A stretch of DNA of 64,000 nucleotides from an uncultured SAR86 cluster bacterium. Its GTDB lineage: Bacteria > Pseudomonadota > Gammaproteobacteria > Magnimaribacterales > D2472. Below the pieces are notes generated by a model. That model saw only the letters and a list, made by a program, of their open reading frames with translations, was not told the origin of the DNA and did no database searches. The first letter of the stretch is position 1; every line of letters starts with the position of its first letter. Below are positions 47,171-56,886 of the stretch, in pieces. The stretch lies in NCBI GenBank assembly GCA_902509965.1, contig CABWZP010000001.1, positions 72,694 to 136,693 on the forward strand, read 5' to 3'. A program made the translations under genes and the position numbers.

Positions 47171-48058
47171 TTAAAATTTAATTCCGCTTAGGATTAATTC
47201 AACTTGAAGAAGGATAAATAATGCTAAACCCACATAATTATTATTCTTAAAAGCTTCTAAAAATTTTCTATTACTAGCTAACTTATTTTGATGAAAGAAG
47301 AAGAAAGAAATGCCAATCAATCCAATAAACCAAACAGGAGTAAATGACTTTATTAACCCTATTAAAATAAGACAAATTAAAAATATAATTTTAAACATAT
47401 TGATTAAAAAAATAGTTTTATCTTTCCACCAAAGTGGAGTTGAATTTATCCCGATTTTTATATCATCATCAGCATCTCCCATAGCGTAGTAGGTATCATA
47501 AGAAATTATCCATGCAGCATTACCAATATAAAGCAGAAGGGCAGTACTATTATCTAGTTGCCCTAACATAGAAAAAACAATGGGAACGCACGCACTAAAA
47601 GTTACAGCTAAGAAGAACTGAGGTCCTAATAAAAACCTTTTAGTAAGAGGATATAAAACAATCAATAATGATGTAAGAAAACCAATAAGAATTGTCTGAG
47701 CATTTGTTTGAAACAGGAGCAAGATAGAGAGTATGCCAAGAAAGATAAAAAGTAACCATGCCTCTTTAAGACTAAAACTTCCATTTGCTAATGGCCTATC
47801 TTTTGTTCGTTCCACCAGCTTATCAAACTTATAATCAAAGATATCATTGATAACACAGCCTGTAGATCTTACTAAAATGCAACCACAAATAATAATAAGC
47901 AATGGATAGGAGGGTATTTCAATTAACTGCCCACTCGAACCGTTTAGATAATCCTGGTATGCAAATGTGAATGATATCAATGAAGGATATAGCAATAAGT
48001 AAATGCCTATAGGTTTATTTAGCCTTGTAATTGAAATAATGGATTTGATTTTACTCAT
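47171..48058 (-). CDS. ubiA: 4-hydroxybenzoate polyprenyltransferase
   Basis: Multi-TM UbiA-fold protein with NDIFDYKFDKLVERTKDRPL (NDxxDxxxD), downstream of ubiC. Confidence 0.9.
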   Translation of the reverse strand: MSKIKSIISITRLNKPIGIYLLLYPSLISFTFAYQDYLNGSSGQLIEIPSYPLLIIICGCILVRSTGCVINDIFDYKFDKLVERTKDRPLANGSFSLKEAWLLFIFLGILSILLLFQTNAQTILIGFLTSLLIVLYPLTKRFLLGPQFFLAVTFSACVPIVFSMLGQLDNSTALLLYIGNAAWIISYDTYYAMGDADDDIKIGINSTPLWWKDKTIFLINMFKIIFLICLILIGLIKSFTPVWFIGLIGISFFFFHQNKLASNRKFLEAFKNNNYVGLALFILLQVELILSGIKF

Positions 48059-48062
48059 CGAA

Positions 48063-48551
48063 TTATTTAATTAAGAAGACTTCCATTACAGAAAAGGGTT
48101 GATCTTTAACAGTGTATTTAATTTTTCTTCCCCAAAATAGACTTTTTCCATCATAAAAAGTTGCAAATACAATATCGTTTTTTGAAAAAATATCTTTCTC
48201 AAATAAGATATCTCCAAGTGGTTTATTGCCAAGTGTTCCTAATTCTTTTAAACCTTTTTCTATTGTAGTGCTTGGTATTATTGTTCTAGCAAAAACCATG
48301 GGATTTTCATTTCCATATAAAATAACTTCTCTTACCCTAATTTCCTTAGTATGAATATTGAGAAATAAAATCTCATCTTCATTAACGTCTGATAGTTCGT
48401 CCTGAATTAATTCAAGCCGAAACTCTTTCATAGATTTAATTCTTTTAGTTATAGGTCCTTGCTCTAGTAACCAAGATTTTATTTCAGCATTTGTTAATTC
48501 GTGCTCAATTGCTTCATAAGAATTCCACGATGATATTTGTTCAAGCTTCAT
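48063..48551 (-). CDS. ubiC: chorismate pyruvate-lyase
   Basis: 162 aa with WLLEQGPITKRI and REV motifs, immediately upstream of ubiA. Confidence 0.75.
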   Translation of the reverse strand: MKLEQISSWNSYEAIEHELTNAEIKSWLLEQGPITKRIKSMKEFRLELIQDELSDVNEDEILFLNIHTKEIRVREVILYGNENPMVFARTIIPSTTIEKGLKELGTLGNKPLGDILFEKDIFSKNDIVFATFYDGKSLFWGRKIKYTVKDQPFSVMEVFLIK

Positions 48552-48636
48552 TAATTAATAGAGGTAAATCTGATATTATACGCGGAAGTTTTTTTATGTT
48601 TAGACAAAGAGCTATAAATTTTTAGAAGAGTAACTT

Positions 48637-48807
48637 ATGGAATTTAAAAAGTGGGAATGCATTGTTTGCGGCTGGATTTATGATGAAGAATTAGGCTGGC
48701 CTGATGATGGAATTGAACCTGGAACAAGATGGGAAGATGTTTCAGAAGATTGGTTGTGCCCAGAATGCGGTGTGGGCAAAGAAGATTTTGATATGATAGA
48801 AATATAA
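48637..48807 (+). CDS. rubA: rubredoxin
   Basis: 56-aa ORF too short for the ORF track: MEFKKWECIVCGWIYDEELGWPDDGIEPGTRWEDVSEDWLCPECGVGKEDFDMIEI. It has the two CxxCG knuckles (CIVCG, CPECG) and the conserved WxCxxCGxxY and DxP..W..C context. Confidence 0.93.
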   Translation: MEFKKWECIVCGWIYDEELGWPDDGIEPGTRWEDVSEDWLCPECGVGKEDFDMIEI

Positions 48808-50057
48808 TGCTTGAAACTCCAAAGAATTTAACAAGAAATATCTTACTAGGGATGTTTTTAGGTTTTGTTGTTGGAGCTATTGCCTATTATTTTGATTTTA
48901 TTCCTAGTTCAATAGAAAATTTCATTCAGGTTTATATATTTAATCTTGGCGGTGCAATTTTTATAAACCTTCTAAAGATGCTAATTGTGCCTCTAGTCTT
49001 TTTTTCACTAGTTTCTGGAATATCCTCTTTAAGCAATCTTCAAAGTCTAGGCAATATAACCTTTAAGACAATAAGCTTGTATCTTGGTACAACAGCTATT
49101 GCAGTTAGTTTATCCCTCTTTGTCGCTTCAATATTTAAGCCTGGAGCAGGGTATTCATCTGACATTGCAGCACCTGAGAGATTGCCTGAAGGGCAAAGTG
49201 TTTATTCAACTATTTTGGATATATTTCCTTCTAATATTATTGAAGCAATGGCTAATAATCAAATGCTTGCTATTGTTTTTTTTAGCATCTTATTTGGTCT
49301 AGCATTAAGTAAAACCAATCATCTGACTGGAAATCTTAGTGAAGCATTTGAGAAACTCAATACAGTATTCATGCAGCTTGTTCTAATGATAATGTCATAT
49401 GCTCCAATAGGTGTTTTTTGCTTAATTGGTAAATTTGTAATCACTGATGGCTTAGATATTTTTCAAGAAGCTTTTATGTATGTTGTTTTACTCATATCAG
49501 TTCTTATATTTCATGCAATAGTAACCTATTCTATTTTTCTTAAGATATTTACAAATCTAAATCCAGTTATATTTTTTAAAAAAATGAGGGAAACAGCTAT
49601 TTTTGCTTTCTCGACATCTTCAAGCGCCGCTACAATTCCAGTCACTTTAAAAACTGTAACTACAGATTTAGGAGTTAATAAGAATATTGCTTCATTTGTA
49701 ATACCCGTTGGCGCAACTATTAATATGGATGGAACTGCAATAATGCAAGGTATGGCAACGGTCTTTATAGCCCAAATGTCAGGTATAGATCTTTCAATAT
49801 TTCAATATATGCAGGTTGTGCTTCTAGCAGTAGTTGCTTCTGTTGGCGCTGCGGCAGTACCGTCAGCAGGAACTATCACACTAGTAATTATTCTTCAGCA
49901 ATTTGGTCTGCCTCTTGAGGCAATAGGAATTATTCTTGCTGTAGATAGAATATTGGACATGATAAGAACATCCGTAAATGTAACTGGTGATGCAACGGTT
50001 GCTTGCATAGTTGCTCACTCTGAATCTCTTCTAGATAAAAAGGTTTTTGATAAATAG
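48807..50057 (+). CDS. dicarboxylate/amino acid:cation symporter (DAACS family)
   Basis: 416 aa, multi-TM, with re-entrant loop motifs FSTSSSAATIPVT and ATINMDGTA. Its ATG overlaps the rubredoxin stop as TAATG. Confidence 0.88.
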   Translation: MLETPKNLTRNILLGMFLGFVVGAIAYYFDFIPSSIENFIQVYIFNLGGAIFINLLKMLIVPLVFFSLVSGISSLSNLQSLGNITFKTISLYLGTTAIAVSLSLFVASIFKPGAGYSSDIAAPERLPEGQSVYSTILDIFPSNIIEAMANNQMLAIVFFSILFGLALSKTNHLTGNLSEAFEKLNTVFMQLVLMIMSYAPIGVFCLIGKFVITDGLDIFQEAFMYVVLLISVLIFHAIVTYSIFLKIFTNLNPVIFFKKMRETAIFAFSTSSSAATIPVTLKTVTTDLGVNKNIASFVIPVGATINMDGTAIMQGMATVFIAQMSGIDLSIFQYMQVVLLAVVASVGAAAVPSAGTITLVIILQQFGLPLEAIGIILAVDRILDMIRTSVNVTGDATVACIVAHSESLLDKKVFDK

Positions 50058-50123
50058 ATTTAAAAATGGGTCTTTTTATAGATTTTTTTGATAGAATGCA
50101 CTTTTAAAAATATGGGGTTTTAT

Positions 50124-52154
50124 ATGAACATTGCACTATTTCCACCACTATTAGGCCTTATTGGCATGATCGCAGCATTTGTTGTTTACATGCTGGTTAT
50201 GAAATATCCTGATGGCGAAGATAAAGTTAAAAAAATTGGTGACCAGATTCATACTGGCGCACTAGCATTTATGAAGACAGAATATAAATACTTATTAGTT
50301 TTTATTGCTGTTCTAGTTGTATTGGCTCAGATGTTTCTGGGTACTGAAACTGCCATAGCTGTTATTGTTGGTGCTGCTTGTTCATCATTGGCAGGATTTA
50401 TCGGCATGTATGCAGCAACAAAAGCAAATGTTCGAACTGCAACAGCAGCTCAAAAAGATGGTGCTGCTGCAGCCTTATCTGTTTCTTTTTATGGTGGCTC
50501 AGTCATGGGTTTATGTGTTGCTTCTTTGGGTCTAATTGGATTAGGCGGTTTATATTATTTTTATGCAGCTGATGGTGGTACTCATGTTCATGCCTTAGAA
50601 GGTTTTGGAATGGGTGCATCGGTCGTAGCATTATTTTCAAGAGTTGGCGGCGGTATTTTCACTAAAAGTGCTGATGTTGGAGCTGATTTAGTTGGAAAAA
50701 TTGAAGCTGGAATTCCAGAGGATGATCCAAGAAATCCCGGCGTTATAGCTGATAATGTTGGAGATAATGTTGGTGATGTTGCTGGAATGGGATCAGATAT
50801 TTTTGAGTCATATTGTGGATCAATGATCGCCACAATTGCTATTGCGTACACTATACAATCCGCTGCATCTGAAAACTTAATGATGCTGCCTCTAGCCTTA
50901 GCTGCTATTGGACTAGTTGCCTCTATTATTGGAATATTTATTGTTAAACTTAGGTCAGCAAAGGAGCCAGCTAGCGCTCTTAGGTCAGGTACGCTTCTTG
51001 CGCCTGCAATATTTATAGTTATGGCTTTCTTTTTAATGAAGAATATGGGCGATATTCCAATGGGCGTTTTATGGTGTGTTTTATCAGGAGCTGTTGGCGG
51101 CGTAATGATTGGACTGATAACTGAATATTATACTGGTGGTAATCCAGTGAAAAAGATTGCTGAATCAGGAGAGACTGGTTCTGCTACTGTTATGATTTCA
51201 GGTCTTTCAGTTGGAATGCAATCTGTAGTTATTCCAATTATTATTTTAGCTACCATTATTTTAGTATCTACTTCATTAGCATCTGGTGCAGGAATTACAG
51301 GTGTTTACGGTGTTGGTATAGCTGCAGTAGGAATGCTTTCCACTGTCGGTATTACTATGGCTATCGATGCTTATGGACCTGTTGCTGATAATGCTGGTGG
51401 TATTGCAGAAATGGCTGGAATGGGTAAAGAGGTCAGAGATATTACAGATTCACTTGATGAGTTAGGAAATACAACTGCAGCAATTGGAAAAGGTTTTGCA
51501 ATTGGTGCTGCTGCATTAGCGGCATTGGCAATTATTTCTGCTTATTCAGCTCAAGTGTCACTTGCATATGGAGATGCTTTTGCACTGTCTCTTACCGACC
51601 CAATGGTCCTTGTGGGTATGTTTATCGGAATTTGTATTCCATTCTTAATATCCTCAATCACTATGACAGCGGTGGGTGATGCAGCCTTTGAGATGATTAA
51701 TGAAATTAGAAGACAGTTTAGAGAAATCTCTGGCTTAATGGAAGGCACTGCTGATCCTGATTCTGAAAAATGTGTTGAGATTGCAACCAAAGCAGCTCTT
51801 AAAAAAATGATGCTACCTGGAGTTATAGCTGTAGCTATGCCTGCAGTTGTTGGCTTTGGTCTAGGAGCAATTGCTCTTGGTGGAATGTTAGCTGGAGGCC
51901 TTTTGGGTTGTGTGGCTTTAGCTTTATTTATGGCTAATGCTGGTGGAGCATGGGATAACGCTAAAAAATATGTAGAAAAGGGTAATTTAGGCGGCAAAGG
52001 TTCAGATACTCACTCTGCAGTTGTGGTTGGTGATACCGTTGGTGATCCATTTAAAGACACTTCAGGACCTTCGATGAACATTCTAATTAATGTTATGGCT
52101 ATGGTCAGTCTTGTAATATCCTCATTACTTCCGCTTAACGGAATTTTCTTTTAA
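50124..52154 (+). CDS. hppA: membrane-integral pyrophosphate-energised cation pump (K+-dependent subfamily signature)
   Basis: Blocks [55 protein letters not shown] and [15 protein letters not shown] start at ATG 50124 (MNIALFPPL); the ORF-track start 50088 would overlap a TGATAGAAT extended -10-like element. Confidence 0.95.
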   Translation: MNIALFPPLLGLIGMIAAFVVYMLVMKYPDGEDKVKKIGDQIHTGALAFMKTEYKYLLVFIAVLVVLAQMFLGTETAIAVIVGAACSSLAGFIGMYAATKANVRTATAAQKDGAAAALSVSFYGGSVMGLCVASLGLIGLGGLYYFYAADGGTHVHALEGFGMGASVVALFSRVGGGIFTKSADVGADLVGKIEAGIPEDDPRNPGVIADNVGDNVGDVAGMGSDIFESYCGSMIATIAIAYTIQSAASENLMMLPLALAAIGLVASIIGIFIVKLRSAKEPASALRSGTLLAPAIFIVMAFFLMKNMGDIPMGVLWCVLSGAVGGVMIGLITEYYTGGNPVKKIAESGETGSATVMISGLSVGMQSVVIPIIILATIILVSTSLASGAGITGVYGVGIAAVGMLSTVGITMAIDAYGPVADNAGGIAEMAGMGKEVRDITDSLDELGNTTAAIGKGFAIGAAALAALAIISAYSAQVSLAYGDAFALSLTDPMVLVGMFIGICIPFLISSITMTAVGDAAFEMINEIRRQFREISGLMEGTADPDSEKCVEIATKAALKKMMLPGVIAVAMPAVVGFGLGAIALGGMLAGGLLGCVALALFMANAGGAWDNAKKYVEKGNLGGKGSDTHSAVVVGDTVGDPFKDTSGPSMNILINVMAMVSLVISSLLPLNGIFF

Positions 52155-54211
52155 GCATCAGCAAATTCAATTGATCCAGAGAGCCATCTCTGGATCAATT
52201 TATCAGAATTAACTTTATCCTCTTTATAAATTTTTCCAGCAATTACTTTTGTTTCTTCAAGAAAACTACTATCTCGCATGAGGTCAGTATATTTAAACGG
52301 GATTACGCCTGTTTGTTGTGATCCCATGATCTCGCCTGGACCTCTTATCATTAAATCTTTCTCAGCAATATAAAATCCATCATTTGACTCTTTGAGAATA
52401 TCCATTCTTTGATAAGCAATATCTCCTATAGATTCATTGTGAAGCAATATACAATGACTTTGCTTTTTTCCTCTACCAATTCTTCCTCTTAACTGGTGTA
52501 ACTGAGCTAATCCAAACCTCTCAGCATTCTCAATAATCATAATATCCGCATCTGGGACATCAACACCAACTTCTATAACAGTTGTTGAAACCATAATTTG
52601 AGTTTCACCATTTTTAAATTTATTGATAGTGTTAAGCTTCTCATCTGGTTTCATTTTTCCGTGCAAGAAGCTACATTTTATAGATGGTATTTGTTTAGTA
52701 ATTTGCTCATATGTTTCCTCAACAGGATTAGCATTCATTAATTCAGACTCTTCTATCAGCGCACATACCCAATAAATCTGACTACCCTTTAAACAAGCTT
52801 CTTTTATCCTACCAATAAGTTGATCTTTCTTCTTCATGCCTAGAGAGGTTGTTTGGATAGGTAGTCTACCCGGAGGTAATTCATCTATGATTGAAATATC
52901 CATATTTGCATAGACACTCATTGCCATCGTCCTTGGAATTGGAGTTGCTGTTAATGTAAGCTGATGCGGTATTAAGGCAGTTTTAATATTCTTTGATCTT
53001 AAAGAAAGTCTTTGGTTTACTCCAAATCTATGCTGCTCATCAATAATAATAATACCTAACAATAGAAAACTTACATCATCTTGAAATAAAGCATGTGTTC
53101 CAACAACTAATTTAATAGAACCTGATGCCAGCCCATTTTTAATTTTTTCTTTTTCTTTTAATTTAGTGGATCCAGTAAGCAAAGCTATAGAATCTTTAAA
53201 ATCAGGAAAGTAATTTTTTAGATTTATATAATGCTGCTCCGCCAATAATGTTGTTGGAGCCATGAAAGCTGCCTGTGCATTATTATCAATAGATTGTGCG
53301 GCTGAAATAGCTGCAACAATTGTTTTTCCAGAACCAACATCGCCTTGGACAAGTCGCATCATTGGAGCAGTCTTAGCAATATCAATGTCTATTTCTGCTA
53401 CAACTTTTTTTTGAGCACTAGTAAGCTCATATGGAAAATTTTCTAAAACACTTTTATGCCAACTAGATTTTTTTTTAAGAGCAGCTGCATGAAGATGTTC
53501 TTGTCTATCTTTTAAAGAAGCCATCCCAACTTGAAAAGCTATCATCTCCTCTTTTATAAGTCTTTGCCTTGCTGGATGTTGACCACCTGGTGCAATATCA
53601 TCTATTGCGATGTGCTTATCTGGAAAATGAATATTTTTTAAAGCATCCATTAAGGATAATTCTGAAACTAAGCCGTATTTCTTTAAATCAATTTCATCAT
53701 TTCCATCATAGGAGCTAATTGAGTTCTTGATAAATTTACGTAATTGATTTTGACTTAAACCCTTTGTCGTTCTGTATACAGCAGTTAGACAGTTTTCAGT
53801 TGGCATATCTGGCCTATCAATTATTTGATACTCAGGATGTATCATCTCTAGACCATAAGCTCCAATTCGTAACATTCCATAGAATCTTATAATCTTTTTA
53901 GCTCGAAATTGCTTAGCCTGACCAGGGTTAAAGTAAAAAAATCTTATAAGAATTGATCTGCTTTCATCAGATGCTTTAATAATCATCATTTTTCTTGGTC
54001 TATATAAAACTTGGCAACTAGTGATCTTGCATTCAATAAATATTTCTTTGCCCACCTCAGCACTGCCAAGATCGATCACTTTAGTCCTATCTTGATAATT
54101 AACAGGTAGGTGAAAGCACAAGTCCCTACTATTAAAAACTCCGATACTATGTAATTTATTTTTAATAGAAGGGCCAATACCAGATATTTTTTCTAAATCA
54201 AAATTAGCCAC
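52151..54211 (-). CDS. recG: ATP-dependent DNA helicase RecG
   Basis: 686 aa with a wedge domain, Walker [19 protein letters not shown] and QLRGRIGRG. Confidence 0.95.
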   Translation of the reverse strand: MANFDLEKISGIGPSIKNKLHSIGVFNSRDLCFHLPVNYQDRTKVIDLGSAEVGKEIFIECKITSCQVLYRPRKMMIIKASDESRSILIRFFYFNPGQAKQFRAKKIIRFYGMLRIGAYGLEMIHPEYQIIDRPDMPTENCLTAVYRTTKGLSQNQLRKFIKNSISSYDGNDEIDLKKYGLVSELSLMDALKNIHFPDKHIAIDDIAPGGQHPARQRLIKEEMIAFQVGMASLKDRQEHLHAAALKKKSSWHKSVLENFPYELTSAQKKVVAEIDIDIAKTAPMMRLVQGDVGSGKTIVAAISAAQSIDNNAQAAFMAPTTLLAEQHYINLKNYFPDFKDSIALLTGSTKLKEKEKIKNGLASGSIKLVVGTHALFQDDVSFLLLGIIIIDEQHRFGVNQRLSLRSKNIKTALIPHQLTLTATPIPRTMAMSVYANMDISIIDELPPGRLPIQTTSLGMKKKDQLIGRIKEACLKGSQIYWVCALIEESELMNANPVEETYEQITKQIPSIKCSFLHGKMKPDEKLNTINKFKNGETQIMVSTTVIEVGVDVPDADIMIIENAERFGLAQLHQLRGRIGRGKKQSHCILLHNESIGDIAYQRMDILKESNDGFYIAEKDLMIRGPGEIMGSQQTGVIPFKYTDLMRDSSFLEETKVIAGKIYKEDKVNSDKLIQRWLSGSIEFADA

Positions 54212-54254
54212 GACTTGATATTACTTTTAATATAGACATTTGTTAAATTAAATT

Positions 54255-55037
54255 ATGAAAAACAATATCTTAATTATAGGCTTTGGCGACTTGGCTATGC
54301 GGCTAGAAAGCTTTTTATTAGAAAAAGATAACTCTATCTTAGGTCTAACTAGATCACCTGAAAAGTATGAAGGAAGCAATGTGCTTTATTGGGACTGGAG
54401 TCTAAAGACTGAATTTGAACTTTCTGATAATAACTTTGATGTTATTATTTTTTTTCCTAAACCTTGTGAATATGATGAATCTGGTTATCAAGCAGGCTTT
54501 ATTAATTCACTAGAGCTAATTAAAAAATCTCTTGAGAAAATTGAATTTAAATCTTTTATAGCCATATCCTCTACTCGAGTATATGGATCTAGCCAATATG
54601 GAGAATTATCAGAAGCAAATAAACCCGAGCCCTCAGATTTTAGAGGAAGAATTGTCTTTAAATATGAAAATTTAGTTAAATCTTCATTCGGATCTAAATC
54701 ATTAATTCTTAGATTGAGTGGACTTTATGACGATAAAACTAATTGGATTAATAGTTTTGTTACAAATTTTGATGGTCAAAAAAGAAATCTACCTAATGTC
54801 TCAACCAACAGACTTCATAGAGACACATGTGCAGAAATTATTGCCTTCACTCTAAATAATGACCTGTATCTTAATAATGATGTAATAAATTGCTCGGAAG
54901 GGTCTATTAGTTACAAAGATTTATTTGAAGAAATTTATGCAAACAAAAACTTTAGTGACTACTTTAATTGTAATAATAAAAATGTAAGAGAAGTTTCGAA
55001 TTTAAAACTAAAAGAATTAGGTTTCAAATTTAAATAA
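54255..55037 (+). CDS. NAD(P)-binding Rossmann-fold protein (SDR/epimerase-like), function unknown
   Basis: N-terminal ILIIGFGDLA glycine-rich motif; 260 aa; no catalytic motifs I can assign. Confidence 0.5.
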   Translation: MKNNILIIGFGDLAMRLESFLLEKDNSILGLTRSPEKYEGSNVLYWDWSLKTEFELSDNNFDVIIFFPKPCEYDESGYQAGFINSLELIKKSLEKIEFKSFIAISSTRVYGSSQYGELSEANKPEPSDFRGRIVFKYENLVKSSFGSKSLILRLSGLYDDKTNWINSFVTNFDGQKRNLPNVSTNRLHRDTCAEIIAFTLNNDLYLNNDVINCSEGSISYKDLFEEIYANKNFSDYFNCNNKNVREVSNLKLKELGFKFK

Positions 55038-55080
55038 TAAATTTTATAGCACTTCTTTATTAGAAAAAATACAATAGATT

Positions 55081-55932
55081 ATGCCAAATAGTATGACAGG
55101 ATACTCAGTTTCAAAGCACATAGATAACTCATGTGATGTAGCTTGTGAGATTAAATCAGTAAATCATAGGTTTCTAGAAATATCTACTAAGCCAAATGAC
55201 CTTAGCAATAAGCTAGATATATTTATTAGAAATACTCTGCAAAAAAAACTTGAAAGAGGAGCCGTTGATGTAAGATTCAAGTTTAACCAAACTTCTATCT
55301 ACTCATATTCTGTAAACAAGAAATCATTAAAAAATCTTCGAACTCTTTTAAATGACCTTGCTATTGAAAATCCTCAAAATATTTCATTATCAGATATTAA
55401 AAATTTCCCTGGCATTTTTGAGAGTAAACAAGAAAATCAAATCTCAGATGTTATTTTCAAGAAAGTGTTTCTTAATGCCTTTAAAGAATTTATGAAAGAT
55501 AGGTCTTTAGAGGGTGAAAAAATTAAAAAAGTTTTTAATAAAAAAATTAAAAAGATAGCTTTATCCCAAAAGAAGCTTGAAAAAGCCATTCCTGCTATTA
55601 ATAAAACTAGAATGTCGCAGCTAAATTCTAAGATAAAAAAATTAAATGTTAATTTAGAGCCTGAGAAATTAAATCAAGAGGCTGCATTACTAATCTTAAA
55701 ACATGATGTAGCTGAAGAATTAGAAAGGATAAAATTTCATTTAGATTCAATGCAAAAAGAGCTTTCTTCAAAACAAGCAAAGGGCAAGAAAATTGATTTT
55801 ATACTCCAGGAGCTTTTCAGAGAAACCAGCACTCTCTCTGTAAAACTCGATAAGCCTTCTTTAAAAGAATTAGCGCTTAATATGAAGTTGGCTGTTGAAG
55901 AAATGCGTGAGCAGGCTCAAAATCTTGAATAG
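55081..55932 (+). CDS. yicC: YicC-family stress-induced protein
   Basis: MTGYS start, SVNHRFLE block and a C-terminal ELFRETSTL...EEMREQAQNLE helix typical of YicC. Confidence 0.9.
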   Translation: MPNSMTGYSVSKHIDNSCDVACEIKSVNHRFLEISTKPNDLSNKLDIFIRNTLQKKLERGAVDVRFKFNQTSIYSYSVNKKSLKNLRTLLNDLAIENPQNISLSDIKNFPGIFESKQENQISDVIFKKVFLNAFKEFMKDRSLEGEKIKKVFNKKIKKIALSQKKLEKAIPAINKTRMSQLNSKIKKLNVNLEPEKLNQEAALLILKHDVAEELERIKFHLDSMQKELSSKQAKGKKIDFILQELFRETSTLSVKLDKPSLKELALNMKLAVEEMREQAQNLE

Positions 55933-55933
55933 T

Positions 55934-56560
55934 ATGAAAAAAGGAGAGTTGTATATTATTTCTGCGCCCTCCGGAGCTGGAAAGTCTTCGTTAATTCATG
56001 AAGTCTTAAAAAGAAGCTCTTCATCAGATTCATCTATTGAGCTTTCTGTTTCTGCAACAACCAGACTTCCAAGACCAAAAGATATTGATGGCCAAGATTA
56101 TTTTTTCCTGACCAAAGAAAAATTTGAAGAGCTTGAAAAGAAAGAAGCTTTTCTTGAGAGTGCTAATGTGCACGGAAATAAATATGGCACTTTAAAAGAT
56201 TACGTCAATTCTAAACTTGAAGTAGGCATTAATTTAATTTTAGATATCGATGTCCAGGGCTTTAAACAAATTCAACAAAAAGATATTCCCAACACTTCAG
56301 TTTTTATAATTCCTCCAAGTATTAGTGAACTCAAATCAAGATTACTTAAAAGAAATGCAGATACTCCTGAGGTAATAGAGGAAAGATTAAAGAATGCTAT
56401 TGCAGAATTAGGTGGGGCTAATAATTATGATCACAAAATTTTAAATGAAAATTTTGATATGGCATCTGATGAGTTATACAATTTAATTATGAATAGGGGT
56501 GTCCAAAACAAAGATGCTAAGCATATTTCAGAGATTTTAGAAGATTTATTGTCTAATTAG
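55934..56560 (+). CDS. gmk: guanylate kinase
   Basis: P-loop [11 protein letters not shown] and SATTRLPRP. The ATG at 55934 lies 1 nt after the yicC stop; the ORF-track start 55895 lies inside yicC. Confidence 0.93.
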   Translation: MKKGELYIISAPSGAGKSSLIHEVLKRSSSSDSSIELSVSATTRLPRPKDIDGQDYFFLTKEKFEELEKKEAFLESANVHGNKYGTLKDYVNSKLEVGINLILDIDVQGFKQIQQKDIPNTSVFIIPPSISELKSRLLKRNADTPEVIEERLKNAIAELGGANNYDHKILNENFDMASDELYNLIMNRGVQNKDAKHISEILEDLLSN

Positions 56561-56597
56561 TCATAAAAGCTTTAGAATACGCACCCAGGAGAAAATT

Positions 56598-56867
56598 ATG
56601 GCAAGAATTACAGTGGAAGGTTGTCTAGAAAAAGTCCCAAGTAGATTTGAATTAATCTTACTTGCAGCAGGTCGCGCAAGACAACTATCAACAACAAGCA
56701 GAGAACCAATGGTTGAGTGGGATAACGATAAATCAACAATTGTAGCTTTAAGAGAAATTGAGCAAGGTCTAATAGATAGAGAAACTTTAAATAAGACCTT
56801 AGAAGAAGATGTCTTATTGGATGAGTTTGCAGCTCCCGAACAAAAGGACTCTGAAATAGTTGGATAA
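56598..56867 (+). CDS. rpoZ: DNA-directed RNA polymerase subunit omega
   Basis: [30 protein letters not shown] is the canonical RpoZ N-terminus. Confidence 0.95.
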   Translation: MARITVEGCLEKVPSRFELILLAAGRARQLSTTSREPMVEWDNDKSTIVALREIEQGLIDRETLNKTLEEDVLLDEFAAPEQKDSEIVG

Positions 56868-56886
56868 TTTTTAAAGGAGAACTATT

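Noticed and set aside
50378-51997. ORFs 50378-50572 (+), 50588-50851 (-) and 51551-51997 (-) within the pyrophosphatase gene
   Set aside because: They are alternative-frame or antisense ORFs of a Gly/Ala-rich membrane protein gene. The products are Pro/Ala/Ser- or Cys-rich and low in complexity. The hppA frame carries all diagnostic motifs.
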